DNA from: a virus
Taxonomy: Duplodnaviria; Caudoviricetes
Strand: one strand, 5' to 3'
Virus record (IMG/VR): IMGVR_UViG_3300031963_000042
Location: 39,209-103,208 of that record
Length of the DNA stretch: 64,000 bases
The notes under the pieces were generated by a model. That model did not search any database. It saw only the letters and a program-made list of their open reading frames with translations, and was not told where the DNA came from. The position numbers and the translations under genes are program-made. The stretch's first letter is position 1; every line of letters starts with the position of its first letter. This document shows positions 9,571-17,550 of this stretch, piece by piece.

Positions 9571-10335
9571 ATGAATCAAAGTGAAATTAATTTATATTTA
9601 AATAAATTCAAACTATTATCAGAATACGATAATAGATTTAATCATAATGAGAGTTCTAATTTAATTAATGAGAATTTATTTCGTAAAATAGGTAGAAGTT
9701 TGGGTATATATGGTCAAGTTTTAAAAAAATTAACCAAAGATATTGAGCCGCAAAATTTACAAAAATATAGCAACATGACTTATGATGAGATCAAGTTAGC
9801 TGTTGATAACTTAAATCCAAGTAGAACTGCGGCATATGATCCTGCTCTTATGAAAGAAATAAAAGATGCTAGAAAAATTGCCGTTCTTAAAAGAGCAGCT
9901 GAACTAGAACAAGCTAGAGGGTCTAAATTAAGTTCAGACGAGATAAAATCAATATTTGATGAAGTTAAAACTAAATTTACTCCAAGTACCTACTCTAAAG
10001 AGGCTACAAATGTATTAAATAAATATTCTCCAGACGAGTCGACAATAAATTTGTTTAGTGCTCAATTTAATAAATTAAAACCAGATCAAATAAATTTTTT
10101 AGCTAAAACAGACGCAAAACTAAGCGGGTTAGGTTCTAAAGGGCAAATAGTTCAAAGTGCTGGAAATATGAATCAACAGTCTTTTATTAGTTATTATCGC
10201 GATTATTTTAATGCTATAGGAATAACGTTAGCGATGGCAGGATTGGTTTATTGGTATTACAACCGAGTTTATAACGGAGAGCCTGAACAATTCAAGACAA
10301 ATATTTTACCAGATTATTCTATTAAATCACAGTAA
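9571..10335 (+). CDS. Hypothetical protein with C-terminal TM helix
   Basis: AIGITLAMAGLVYWYY; LINE site. Confidence 0.65.
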   Translation: MNQSEINLYLNKFKLLSEYDNRFNHNESSNLINENLFRKIGRSLGIYGQVLKKLTKDIEPQNLQKYSNMTYDEIKLAVDNLNPSRTAAYDPALMKEIKDARKIAVLKRAAELEQARGSKLSSDEIKSIFDEVKTKFTPSTYSKEATNVLNKYSPDESTINLFSAQFNKLKPDQINFLAKTDAKLSGLGSKGQIVQSAGNMNQQSFISYYRDYFNAIGITLAMAGLVYWYYNRVYNGEPEQFKTNILPDYSIKSQ

Positions 10336-10375
10336 TTATATTTATAATTATAATATTTATATTAAAAAATAAGAT

Positions 10376-11356
10376 ATGAAAAAATCAATTCATGACATAA
10401 AAAAAGATTTTTTGTTGTATACAAACTATGATACAAGAAAAACTTTACGTGAAAATATTGAGTTAGTTAGCGAGCAAGAAGAAGGTGGTGCTATTCCAAC
10501 ATATGAACCAAGATCTGTAAGAAATACTAATATTAGAGTAAATAGTGAAGGCGAAAATGATCCTAATGGTGAATTTACAGTTAAAATAGTTAGAACTCCT
10601 TCCGGACAAGACATTGCTTTAATATTCGACAATAATAACAAGCCTCAAGGATATTACAGAGGTGGTGGGTCAGTTAACCCTGCAACACCAGAAAATGTTA
10701 AAAACACAATTAACTATTTATATAGTTGGTTTAATCAATGCAAGTCAAAAGATGCGTTAGGTAGTAATTGGTCAAATCAAGTACAAGCAAAACTACAAAG
10801 GTTATCTGCTGAATTAACCGATATATTAGATGAAGGGCCTAAATCTGGTGTATATGATACAGATGCTCTAATTGGTTTTTTAGGTAACTTTAGCAATTTT
10901 GATGAATTGTGCCTTTTTAACCTTTTTTACGGTTCTTTAGATAATAAATCTAAATTTTTAGCACAACTATCTGATTTCTATTATAGAAATCCTGGTGATA
11001 AAAAATTTAGAGAGGTATTAAACATAATATCTAGATTGGCATCAGAACAATCAAATACTCCAAGTACACCTGGTGGCGGAACACCAGGTGGGGGAGGAAC
11101 ACCAGGTGGTTCAGGATACGTTAATTGCCCAGGTCCTGAGTATAGATTTGGTTGCATTAGTCCTGCAATTTCAAAAATTCAATCTTGTGCTGGATTACCT
11201 AGAGACGACAAATTTGGACCATCTACTTTAGATTATGTTAAGAGAACATTAGGAAAGGAAACATTTGATACAAACACTGACCTGAATAAACTATGTCCTA
11301 ACGGGGTTCCTAACACACCTCCGCCAGGGGCTTACGACGAAGTTAACGAAAGATAA
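10376..11356 (+). CDS. Hypothetical protein with GT/PG-rich linker and peptidoglycan-binding-like C-terminus
   Basis: TPGGG repeats, then IQSCAGLPRDDKFGPST (DGxFGPxT-like). Confidence 0.55.
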   Translation: MKKSIHDIKKDFLLYTNYDTRKTLRENIELVSEQEEGGAIPTYEPRSVRNTNIRVNSEGENDPNGEFTVKIVRTPSGQDIALIFDNNNKPQGYYRGGGSVNPATPENVKNTINYLYSWFNQCKSKDALGSNWSNQVQAKLQRLSAELTDILDEGPKSGVYDTDALIGFLGNFSNFDELCLFNLFYGSLDNKSKFLAQLSDFYYRNPGDKKFREVLNIISRLASEQSNTPSTPGGGTPGGGGTPGGSGYVNCPGPEYRFGCISPAISKIQSCAGLPRDDKFGPSTLDYVKRTLGKETFDTNTDLNKLCPNGVPNTPPPGAYDEVNER

Positions 11357-11380
11357 TTAAAATATATAAAATTTCATCTT

Positions 11381-12517
11381 ATGAGAGAAAAGTTTGAAAA
11401 AAAAATAATAAATGAGCAAGGAACTGGTCTGTCACTGCCTAATCCTATTACTATGGCAGACTTAGTTGCGAATAATTCATGTAAATTTACTACCGGATTG
11501 CAGCCGACTGATACCGGAACTTATTGGCTAGCTATAGCCGATGTTGATCGTCCGGATCGAAAACCGCCAGTAAAAAGAGGTGATTATTATGTTGTTTCTG
11601 ATGATTTTGAATTTGTAAACGGAACACCTAAAGGGACTTATGCTTTATTTAGATATGGTAGTTATGTTCCTGGTACGTATGATAAAAACACTGGTAAATA
11701 TCTATTAAGATGGACTTGTGAAAATTATCAACCACCAACGAATTTAATTTCAGCTGGAAATCTAACTCCAGCTCAAAAAGAATGGATAAATAATAGTAGA
11801 TACCTTAAACAGGGATATAGCTTGAGTGCAAATACGCAGGAAGGTTGTATAACTACACCATTTGACGAAAAATTATGTGACAGAGTTGATTTAGCTGAAA
11901 AAGCACCTGACGTTTTTTTTAAAAAAGGCGTATATTACTTATATAAATCTAAAACCGCTCTTAATCAACAGCAAAAAGAACAACAAGCACAAATTATTAA
12001 CTCTTATAAGTCATTAAGTGGTTGTACTGATGTAGTCCCACCAGCTACTCAAATTAACCAATATTATCAAGTAAGATTATCTCAAATTCCTGAGTTTCGT
12101 AATTTATTTGACTCAAATTTTGTAATGTATTGTCCTTATTCAGCAATAACTAAAGGAAATAGAGCATCAGTTATTGACGGTATTAAAAATAAATTAAACA
12201 TGTCAAGTGTTACGGATGATTGTCAATTTGCTATGACTGTTATTTATGATGGGTTATACAAACGTAAAAATCAATATTCAAGGCAGTTAGATCTTCAAGA
12301 AATAACTTATTTAAAAAATGTTTTAAAACAGTGTGCTACAGCTAGGGATGAAAGAGGTAGAGCCTTTAATTTTAAATACAAAAATAATTACCAAGAATTA
12401 GTTAGGCTAAATAAAGATAATCCTGCATCACTAGCAGAAAGTAAAACAAAAGATTTAACAACTATAATTAGAGAACAACTAGTTGAAGCTTATAATAGGA
12501 AGAATAGAAGATATTAA
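11381..12517 (+). CDS. Hypothetical Cys-containing virion-associated protein
   Basis: IINE leader; ORF track. Confidence 0.6.
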   Translation: MREKFEKKIINEQGTGLSLPNPITMADLVANNSCKFTTGLQPTDTGTYWLAIADVDRPDRKPPVKRGDYYVVSDDFEFVNGTPKGTYALFRYGSYVPGTYDKNTGKYLLRWTCENYQPPTNLISAGNLTPAQKEWINNSRYLKQGYSLSANTQEGCITTPFDEKLCDRVDLAEKAPDVFFKKGVYYLYKSKTALNQQQKEQQAQIINSYKSLSGCTDVVPPATQINQYYQVRLSQIPEFRNLFDSNFVMYCPYSAITKGNRASVIDGIKNKLNMSSVTDDCQFAMTVIYDGLYKRKNQYSRQLDLQEITYLKNVLKQCATARDERGRAFNFKYKNNYQELVRLNKDNPASLAESKTKDLTTIIREQLVEAYNRKNRRY

Positions 12518-12576
12518 TAGATAATTAGGTTTAGTCACCTAATTTTATAAATGTTTTTAAAAAAAGGAGGTAATTA

Positions 12577-12616
12577 AAACAAATGGGAGGCTTATTGCCC
12601 CCCATTTGTTTTTTTT
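12577..12616. terminator. Bidirectional terminator
   Basis: AAAACAAATGGGAGGC-TTATT-GCCCCCCATTTGTTTT overlapping the clpP stop. Confidence 0.7.
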
Positions 12617-13275
12617 CGAATTACTTCGTCGATGATTCCATATTCTAGAGCTTCATCAGCAGTTAGCCATAGATCACGTTGTGCGTGTCGTTTAACTTCT
12701 TCTTTGTCTTTCGAGCAAAATTCACCAAGAAGTTCGAATAGAATTTCATTACTTCTCATCCATTCATCCATATAGATTGTTGCGTCTTGAATATTACCTC
12801 TAAATCCGGCTGATGATTGGTGTAGCATAGTCCTTGAGAACTTAAGAGATCGTCTTAGGCCCTTAGTTCCGGCACCAAGTATAACTGATCCCATAGATGC
12901 TGCAATTCCAGTATTTACGGTTGCGATATTTGAGTTAATGTACTGCATAATATCGACAATAGAAAGCCCTGACTTTACAGATCCTCCTGGGCTATCAACG
13001 TGCATTGCGATCTCTTTATTTTCGACAGAATCGAGGAACATGAGTTGTGCTTGCACTATGGTTGACATGTTATCGTCGACTTCACCTGCAACCCAAAGAA
13101 TGCGTTCTCGCATAAGTCTTGAAAAGATATCGATCTGAGTTGCTCTTAGTTCTCTTTCTTCAAGAACGTAAGGTGTTAGAGAGCTATTAATCCTTTGGGA
13201 GTAATAATCGATATGTGATGATGGTTTATACAGGTGATTTGTGTAGTAAGATGTAAATTCTTTTGTAATATCCAT
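12592..13275 (-). CDS. clpP: ATP-dependent Clp protease proteolytic subunit
   Basis: DIFSRLMRERIL, DSPGGSV, GIAASMGS (catalytic Ser), TMLHQ (His), RDLWLTADEALEYGIIDEV (Asp). Confidence 0.97.
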   Translation of the reverse strand: MDITKEFTSYYTNHLYKPSSHIDYYSQRINSSLTPYVLEERELRATQIDIFSRLMRERILWVAGEVDDNMSTIVQAQLMFLDSVENKEIAMHVDSPGGSVKSGLSIVDIMQYINSNIATVNTGIAASMGSVILGAGTKGLRRSLKFSRTMLHQSSAGFRGNIQDATIYMDEWMRSNEILFELLGEFCSKDKEEVKRHAQRDLWLTADEALEYGIIDEVIRKKTNGGQ

Positions 13276-13292
13276 AATTTATCTTGTTTGAG

Positions 13293-13374
13293 TGCGGTAA
13301 AAGGGACTCGAACCCCCACTCCTTTCGGAATATCATCCTTAGTGATACGTGTCTACCAATTTCACCACTACCGC
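13293..13374 (-). tRNA. tRNA-Leu(AAG)
   Basis: GCGGTAG/TTACCGC acceptor, Leu-type D loop GGTGAAATTGGTAGACAC, anticodon arm TATCA-CTAAGGA-TGATA, long V arm, GGTTCGAGTCC. Confidence 0.9.
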
Positions 13375-13419
13375 ATTATTTACTCAACAAGAGTATAAAT
13401 TAGTTTTTACATTGTCAAA

Positions 13420-13914
13420 TTAATATGTGAACGATTTTTTGTAGTCAATCCAGACATCTTCCATAGAATTTGTGAGGATTTCTGCAAAAATAGAAGGTTC
13501 GAATGGTTTTTTAATCATAACCATGTTAGCTTCTTTAGGTGTTCTATCTGCTTTATTAAAATTACATTTATTACAGCAAGTTACCATATTATTCCATGAG
13601 TTATCACCACCTCGTGATTTTGGTACTACGTGATCTATCGTAAGGTTTCTTTTAGACCCACAATAAACGCATTCAAAACCATCTCTTCTATATATTCGTG
13701 TTTTTGACACTTTTAAATGTTTTTTGCTGATACTTACATAATTTAGCAACCTGATAATCAGTGGCTTTATGTAAGTTCTGTATATTGAAGATATACGATC
13801 TTCAGACTCTTTAACAACTTCTGCCTTACCTTTGTGCACAAGTTTAAACCCTCTTTTTTGAGAGGTAACGTTTATTGGAGTATAATCTGCATTTAATACT
13901 AATACTTTATCCAT
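13420..13914 (-). CDS. HNH endonuclease
   Basis: VLVLNADY N-terminus; RDGFECVYCG, TIDHVVPKSRGG, CCNKCNFNK. Confidence 0.9.
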   Translation of the reverse strand: MDKVLVLNADYTPINVTSQKRGFKLVHKGKAEVVKESEDRISSIYRTYIKPLIIRLLNYVSISKKHLKVSKTRIYRRDGFECVYCGSKRNLTIDHVVPKSRGGDNSWNNMVTCCNKCNFNKADRTPKEANMVMIKKPFEPSIFAEILTNSMEDVWIDYKKSFTY

Positions 13915-14073
13915 ATATAATTATTAATTAATTATTTTAATTATAATAATATTATTATTATATATATTTAATATATAAATATATTATCTAAATAATAATA
14001 CTAGATATTTTTTCTATCGGCAAGTAGTTTTGTTGTTTTTTTTTAAAATAAAAATATTTATAATAAAAAAGTT

Positions 14074-14820
14074 ATGAACAAAAGTTATAGTAAAATAAGG
14101 CATATTAAAGAAGCTAATATGCAAATCGAGCAAAAATTCTTAAATGAAGGTCAATCAGTTATTAATGGCGGTAAAGTTGGGAGAATAGATGAAGCTTTTA
14201 TTCCTATTCCTGAAGAACCAAGGGAAGTAATAGCTGATAAATTATTAAAGAAAATTATAGATAAAAATATTTATTTTATACACAACTTATTACATAAGTT
14301 GAGGTATGAAAAATTTTACTTAAAAAGTAAAAAGTCTATTGTAAAAAAAATCATAGATTTTTCTGGTAGTGGTAAATATAGTTTAGTGACATATTCTGAT
14401 CTTCTTAGGAATCTAATACAAGTAGCTCCGTATTATAAATCAAGTATTGACCCTATACTTACAGATATTAAATCTGTAATGGAGGACCTTAACAAGTTTG
14501 ATTATAGCGATAATTCAAATGTTTATATCGCAACAGTAACTTTATATAATTTATTTGAACGTATCGATGCTAAGTTTGACATTTTTTTCAAATCGCCGAA
14601 AAAAAGATCTTCTACGCTAGATAGGCCATATAGGTCATACGGGTCACATACAAATTCAGGCAAAAAAAAGGATGACGATGATGACTTTAAATTCCCTACT
14701 TTTGATCCAAATATTTTTGGTGGTGGCCCTGGTGGCGGTAGTTTTGGTGGTGGGGACTTTGGTGGCGGTAGTTTTGGTGGTGGGGACTTTGGTGGCGGAG
14801 GTGCAGGTGGTGATTGGTAA
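14074..14820 (+). CDS. Hypothetical protein with Gly-rich tail ending GGGGAGGDW
   Basis: ORF track; tail resembles TPM/YgcG-family C-termini. Confidence 0.7.
   Translation: MNKSYSKIRHIKEANMQIEQKFLNEGQSVINGGKVGRIDEAFIPIPEEPREVIADKLLKKIIDKNIYFIHNLLHKLRYEKFYLKSKKSIVKKIIDFSGSGKYSLVTYSDLLRNLIQVAPYYKSSIDPILTDIKSVMEDLNKFDYSDNSNVYIATVTLYNLFERIDAKFDIFFKSPKKRSSTLDRPYRSYGSHTNSGKKKDDDDDFKFPTFDPNIFGGGPGGGSFGGGDFGGGSFGGGDFGGGGAGGDW
14731..14790 (+). repeat. Perfect 30-bp tandem duplication (GGGSFGGGDF x2)
   Basis: ggtggcggtagttttggtggtggggacttt twice. Confidence 0.95.
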
Positions 14821-14838
14821 AAAATACTTTAAAAAATA

Positions 14839-14871
14839 TTTGGACTTTTGAATTGTATTATCGTATCTTTG
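14839..14871 (+). promoter_or_regulatory. Bacteroidota primary-sigma promoter (-33 TTTG / -7 TATCTTTG)
   Basis: 21-nt spacer, directly before tRNA-Glu; similar -7 elements at 15949, 16089, 16841, 18917, 22754, 27551 (+) and 33108-33115 (-). Confidence 0.8.
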
Positions 14872-14890
14872 CAGTGTCATTAAATGAAAT

Positions 14891-14963
14891 GTCGGGTTCG
14901 TATAGTTGGTTAGTACATAGCCCTTTCAAGGCTAAAACGCGGGTTCGAACCCCGTACCCGATA
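14891..14963 (+). tRNA. tRNA-Glu(TTC)
   Basis: TAGCC-CTTTCAA-GGCTA; GGTTCGAACCC. Confidence 0.92.
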
Positions 14964-14970
14964 CTTAATT

Positions 14971-15042
14971 GCCTCCATAGTTAAACGGATATAACGAGAC
15001 TCTTCTAAAGTCTAATTGGTGGTTCGATTCCATCTGGGGGTA
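14971..15042 (+). tRNA. tRNA-Arg(TCT)
   Basis: AGACT-CTTCTAA-AGTCT; GGTTCGATTCC. Confidence 0.9.
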
Positions 15043-15054
15043 CAAAAACATCTT

Positions 15055-15315
15055 ATGTTAAGAACATTTATTGTATTAGGACTGATTGTCACTTTGTTTT
15101 GGGGTTTTATTTCTGATAACAAATCTTCACAAATAAGTTATAGTAAAGAAACCATAGTAGATGTTGATACGGTGCAAGTTGTTAATAACGTTTTACCTAA
15201 TCTAACAAAATTTGCCTATAAAACAAACAATGGGTCATATTTTGTTTTGAACTCTTGCCGATATTCTGTGGGGGATAAAATAAAAATAACAAATATAACT
15301 TATTATGAAAAATAA
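15055..15315 (+). CDS. Small protein with N-terminal TM/signal segment
   Basis: MLRTFIVLGLIVTLFWGFIS; start moved out of the tRNA. Confidence 0.55.
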   Translation: MLRTFIVLGLIVTLFWGFISDNKSSQISYSKETIVDVDTVQVVNNVLPNLTKFAYKTNNGSYFVLNSCRYSVGDKIKITNITYYEK

Positions 15316-15388
15316 AGTTTTTTTTGCTTATCCGGAAGACGATGAGGATGATTATCCGGAAGATCCTGGTGATATTATTAGTTTTTAA
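15305..15388 (+). CDS. 27-aa acidic micropeptide (not in ORF track)
   Basis: MKNKVFFAYPEDDEDDYPEDPGDIISF*, overlaps the upstream stop, precedes the 15397-15425 hairpin. Confidence 0.4.
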   Translation: MKNKVFFAYPEDDEDDYPEDPGDIISF

Positions 15389-15427
15389 CTAAAAAAATAA
15401 AGGCTGGATAAACTCCAGCCTTTATAA

Positions 15428-15619
15428 TTAACCCTCAACAGGCTGATCTGCTTTTTTCTTAGAGATGAAAGACCATACTAAACCCGCGATTGAAACAAGG
15501 GCTGATGTTACCTCTAAGAATAGAGACTCATCAAGAACACCTTTGGCTACTAAGTAGCCACCAACAAAAGTTAATACGTGTCTAACGATACCTAAAAATT
15601 GATCTCTAGTCATTCCCAT
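15428..15619 (-). CDS. Small two-TM holin-like membrane protein
   Basis: LGIVRHVLTFVGGYLVAKG...LVSIAGLVWSFISKK. Confidence 0.55.
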   Translation of the reverse strand: MGMTRDQFLGIVRHVLTFVGGYLVAKGVLDESLFLEVTSALVSIAGLVWSFISKKKADQPVEG

Positions 15620-15735
15620 TTTTAACAAAATTTAAAAAAAAAGTTTATTTATTATTACCTATAAATATCTTTTTTTAGAAAAAAAATTGACTTATTATAA
15701 ACTTTTTACTAACATTGAGATATATATAAGATATT

Positions 15736-15813
15736 ATGAACTTTAACTTATTTAAACATACGCAAGATTCTAACCCGGCGATTAGCTGGTTTGCATCGTT
15801 ATTTATTAAATAA
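15736..15813 (+). CDS. Putative 25-aa leader peptide of an attenuator
   Basis: MNFNLFKHTQDSNPAISWFASLFIK*; stop abuts a segment complementary to the downstream terminator. Confidence 0.55.
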   Translation: MNFNLFKHTQDSNPAISWFASLFIK

Positions 15814-15847
15814 GTTCAGGTTATTTATATAATTTTATAGATATAAT

Positions 15848-15878
15848 AAAAACCCTGGACTAAAATCCGGGGTTTTTT
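15848..15878 (+). terminator. Intrinsic terminator, putative attenuator hairpin
   Basis: AAAAACCCTGGA-CTAAAA-TCCGGGGTTTTTT. Confidence 0.8.
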
Positions 15879-15890
15879 GTTCTTTGACAT
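15879..15890 (+). promoter_or_regulatory. boxA-like antitermination element
   Basis: GTTCTTTGACAT resembles rrn boxA (GYTCTTTRAMA), upstream of the tRNA array. Confidence 0.6.
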
Positions 15891-15969
15891 ATTGGATAGT
15901 TAATTAAAAAAAATATTGCTCACTTGTTGCGAATATGAAAAATACTCGTACCTTTGCAGAGCAAATAAT

Positions 15970-16042
15970 TACTCAGTGGTGTAAAGGCTAACATTTCAGA
16001 ATTTGAATCTGAAGATTGTAGGTTCGAGTCCTACCTGAGTAA
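15970..16042 (+). tRNA. tRNA-Gln(TTG)
   Basis: TCAGA-ATTTGAA-TCTGA; TACTCAG/CTGAGTA. Confidence 0.9.
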
Positions 16043-16243
16043 CGAAAAAAAAATAAAAAAACTTCTTGCTCAATTCGAAATAAGTTTATATCTTTGCAGT
16101 GTCAATCGTTAACCACTAAAAATGAAAAAAAATGCTAAACTTTATCTTGTTTCTTATCGCATTGAATTTGGTTGTATGTGGTTCGGTTCTCCTCATATCA
16201 AAGGATGTTGAAAACAAAAGAAGTATTTAATCCTTTATAACAT

Positions 16244-16317
16244 GGTTTTATTGGTGTTATCGGCTAGCACAGGAGTTTGTGGATCTCCAAGATCGAGTTC
16301 GAATCTCGAATAAAGCC
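16244..16317 (+). tRNA. tRNA-His(GTG)
   Basis: G-1:C73; GGAGT-TTGTGGA-TCTCC. Confidence 0.88.
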
Positions 16318-16329
16318 CAGGTTGATTAG

Positions 16330-16409
16330 GCCCCCTTTAGGCAGTTTATTTGATACTTTATTGATAGCGTAGTAGTTCTGATTATTTATTTCATAGCCTT
16401 AAAGGGGGC
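16330..16409 (+). ncRNA. Putative non-tRNA stem-loop RNA A in the tRNA array
   Basis: GCCCCCTTTAGGC...GCCTTAAAGGGGGC terminal stem closing about 53 nt. Confidence 0.4.
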
Positions 16410-16428
16410 ATTTTTAAAAACAACATTA

Positions 16429-16500
16429 CCCTCATTAGCAAACAGGTGTAGGCAGTAGACTTTTAATCTACGGGGGCAGGATCGATACCTGCATGGGGGA
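16429..16500 (+). tRNA. tRNA-Lys(TTT), atypical T loop ATCGATA
   Basis: GTAGA-CTTTTAA-TCTAC; GCAGG-ATCGATA-CCTGC. Confidence 0.85.
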
Positions 16501-16511
16501 CAATAAAATAC

Positions 16512-16586
16512 AGGCTAATAACTCAGTTGGTTTAGAGTGCTTATTTTACACGTAAGTGGTCGCAAGTTCGAATCTTGCTTAGCCTA
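16512..16586 (+). tRNA. tRNA-Val(TAC)
   Basis: CTTAT-TTTACAC-GTAAG. Confidence 0.9.
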
Positions 16587-16602
16587 CAAAAAATAATTTA
16601 AT

Positions 16603-16809
16603 ATGCAAAAATGTAAATATGATTCATGTTATAAGGGCTACTGTGGAGAACCGGTTGTTAAAGGTGAGGAATATTGCAAAGAGCATCTAGGTAAAAAATG
16701 CTGGAAATGCGATAAACAAGCAATAGGGGATTGCAATAAATTTGACGGTTCATATATATGTGGTTCTCCAATGTGTCAAGATCATAAACATGGTGATCAT
16801 AATATTTAA
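16603..16809 (+). CDS. Cys/His-rich small zinc-binding protein
   Basis: 9 Cys in 68 aa, YCKEH and CQDH motifs. Confidence 0.65.
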   Translation: MQKCKYDSCYKGYCGEPVVKGEEYCKEHLGKKCWKCDKQAIGDCNKFDGSYICGSPMCQDHKHGDHNI

Positions 16810-16860
16810 AAATTAATTTGAATAATACAAAAAAAGGTTATACCTTTGCAGAGCAAACAA

Positions 16861-16933
16861 GGTGACTAAGCTAACTAGGTAGAAGCGTAAGTCTGAAAAA
16901 CTTAAGGAGCCGGTTCGATACCGGCAGTCACCA
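16861..16933 (+). tRNA. tRNA-Phe(GAA)
   Basis: TAAGT-CTGAAAA-ACTTA. Confidence 0.88.
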
Positions 16934-16946
16934 CTAAACAACAAAC

Positions 16947-17156
16947 ATGAAAAATAACCAAACAAACGAGCAATTGCTGTCAGAGATCGACAAAAAGTAC
17001 AAAGTACTGTATGAAACAGTATTTAGTATTCTTTCAGATACTGTTGCAGCTGATTACGAAGGTAAGGATGATGATGTGAATATTATGTTCAATATCAGAT
17101 CTCTTGTTGGTCAACTCTCTCTATACGAGAGATATTATCCTGAAATGTTGTTTTAA
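16947..17156 (+). CDS. Small hypothetical protein
   Basis: ORF track, A-rich upstream. Confidence 0.6.
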   Translation: MKNNQTNEQLLSEIDKKYKVLYETVFSILSDTVAADYEGKDDDVNIMFNIRSLVGQLSLYERYYPEMLF

Positions 17157-17158
17157 TT

Positions 17159-17245
17159 GGAAGAGGCCCGGCATGGACGAGGACACTGTCTTGAAAACAG
17201 CTGGTCGGTAACACCGATTCGTGAGTTCGATTCTCATCTCTTCCG
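17159..17245 (+). tRNA. tRNA-Ser(TGA)
   Basis: ACTGT-CTTGAAA-ACAGC; long V arm; G73. Confidence 0.85.
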
Positions 17246-17313
17246 CTTGAGATATCTATTCTTTAGATAGATAAGTAGATTTAGAGTATTATTTAATTCT
17301 TTTTGTATTAAAT

Positions 17314-17367
17314 CACGTAAGGGGGGTAGTTTATTGTAATATTAGCCCTACCCCCCATTGCGTGCCA
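17314..17367 (+). ncRNA. Putative hairpin/minihelix RNA B ending in CCA
   Basis: CACGTAA-GGGGGGTAG...CTACCCCCC-A-TTGCGTG-CCA. Confidence 0.45.
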
Positions 17368-17373
17368 AAAAAT

Positions 17374-17446
17374 TGCCCCGTAGTTTAACGGATTAGAATA
17401 TATCACTACGAATGATAAGGTCTGGGTTCGATTCCTGGTGGGGCAA
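17374..17446 (+). tRNA. tRNA-Arg(ACG)
   Basis: TATCA-CTACGAA-TGATA. Confidence 0.9.
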
Positions 17447-17453
17447 CATCGAA

Positions 17454-17539
17454 GGAGAGTAAAATAAGGAGGTCCTTGTCGCCGTTTGCTAAACGGATGG
17501 TACCTTAACAGGTATGTGCATCATGCGCACTGCTCTCCG
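17454..17539 (+). tRNA. tRNA-Ser(GCT), non-canonical D and T loops
   Basis: GCCGT-TTGCTAA-ACGGA; V arm TACC..GGTA; T arm GTGC-ATCATGC-GCAC; GGAGAGT/GCTCTCC-G. Confidence 0.75.
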
Positions 17540-17550
17540 CTCACTAATAT

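Noticed and set aside
13293-13914. HNH plus tRNA as an integrated mobile element or att site
   Set aside because: No duplicated tRNA 3' end or integrase in the window
16122-16230. Phase-variable peptide via an A8 run between two ATGs
   Set aside because: A-runs are ubiquitous here; a 32-aa hydrophobic ORF from 16132 is possible but slippage is unsupported
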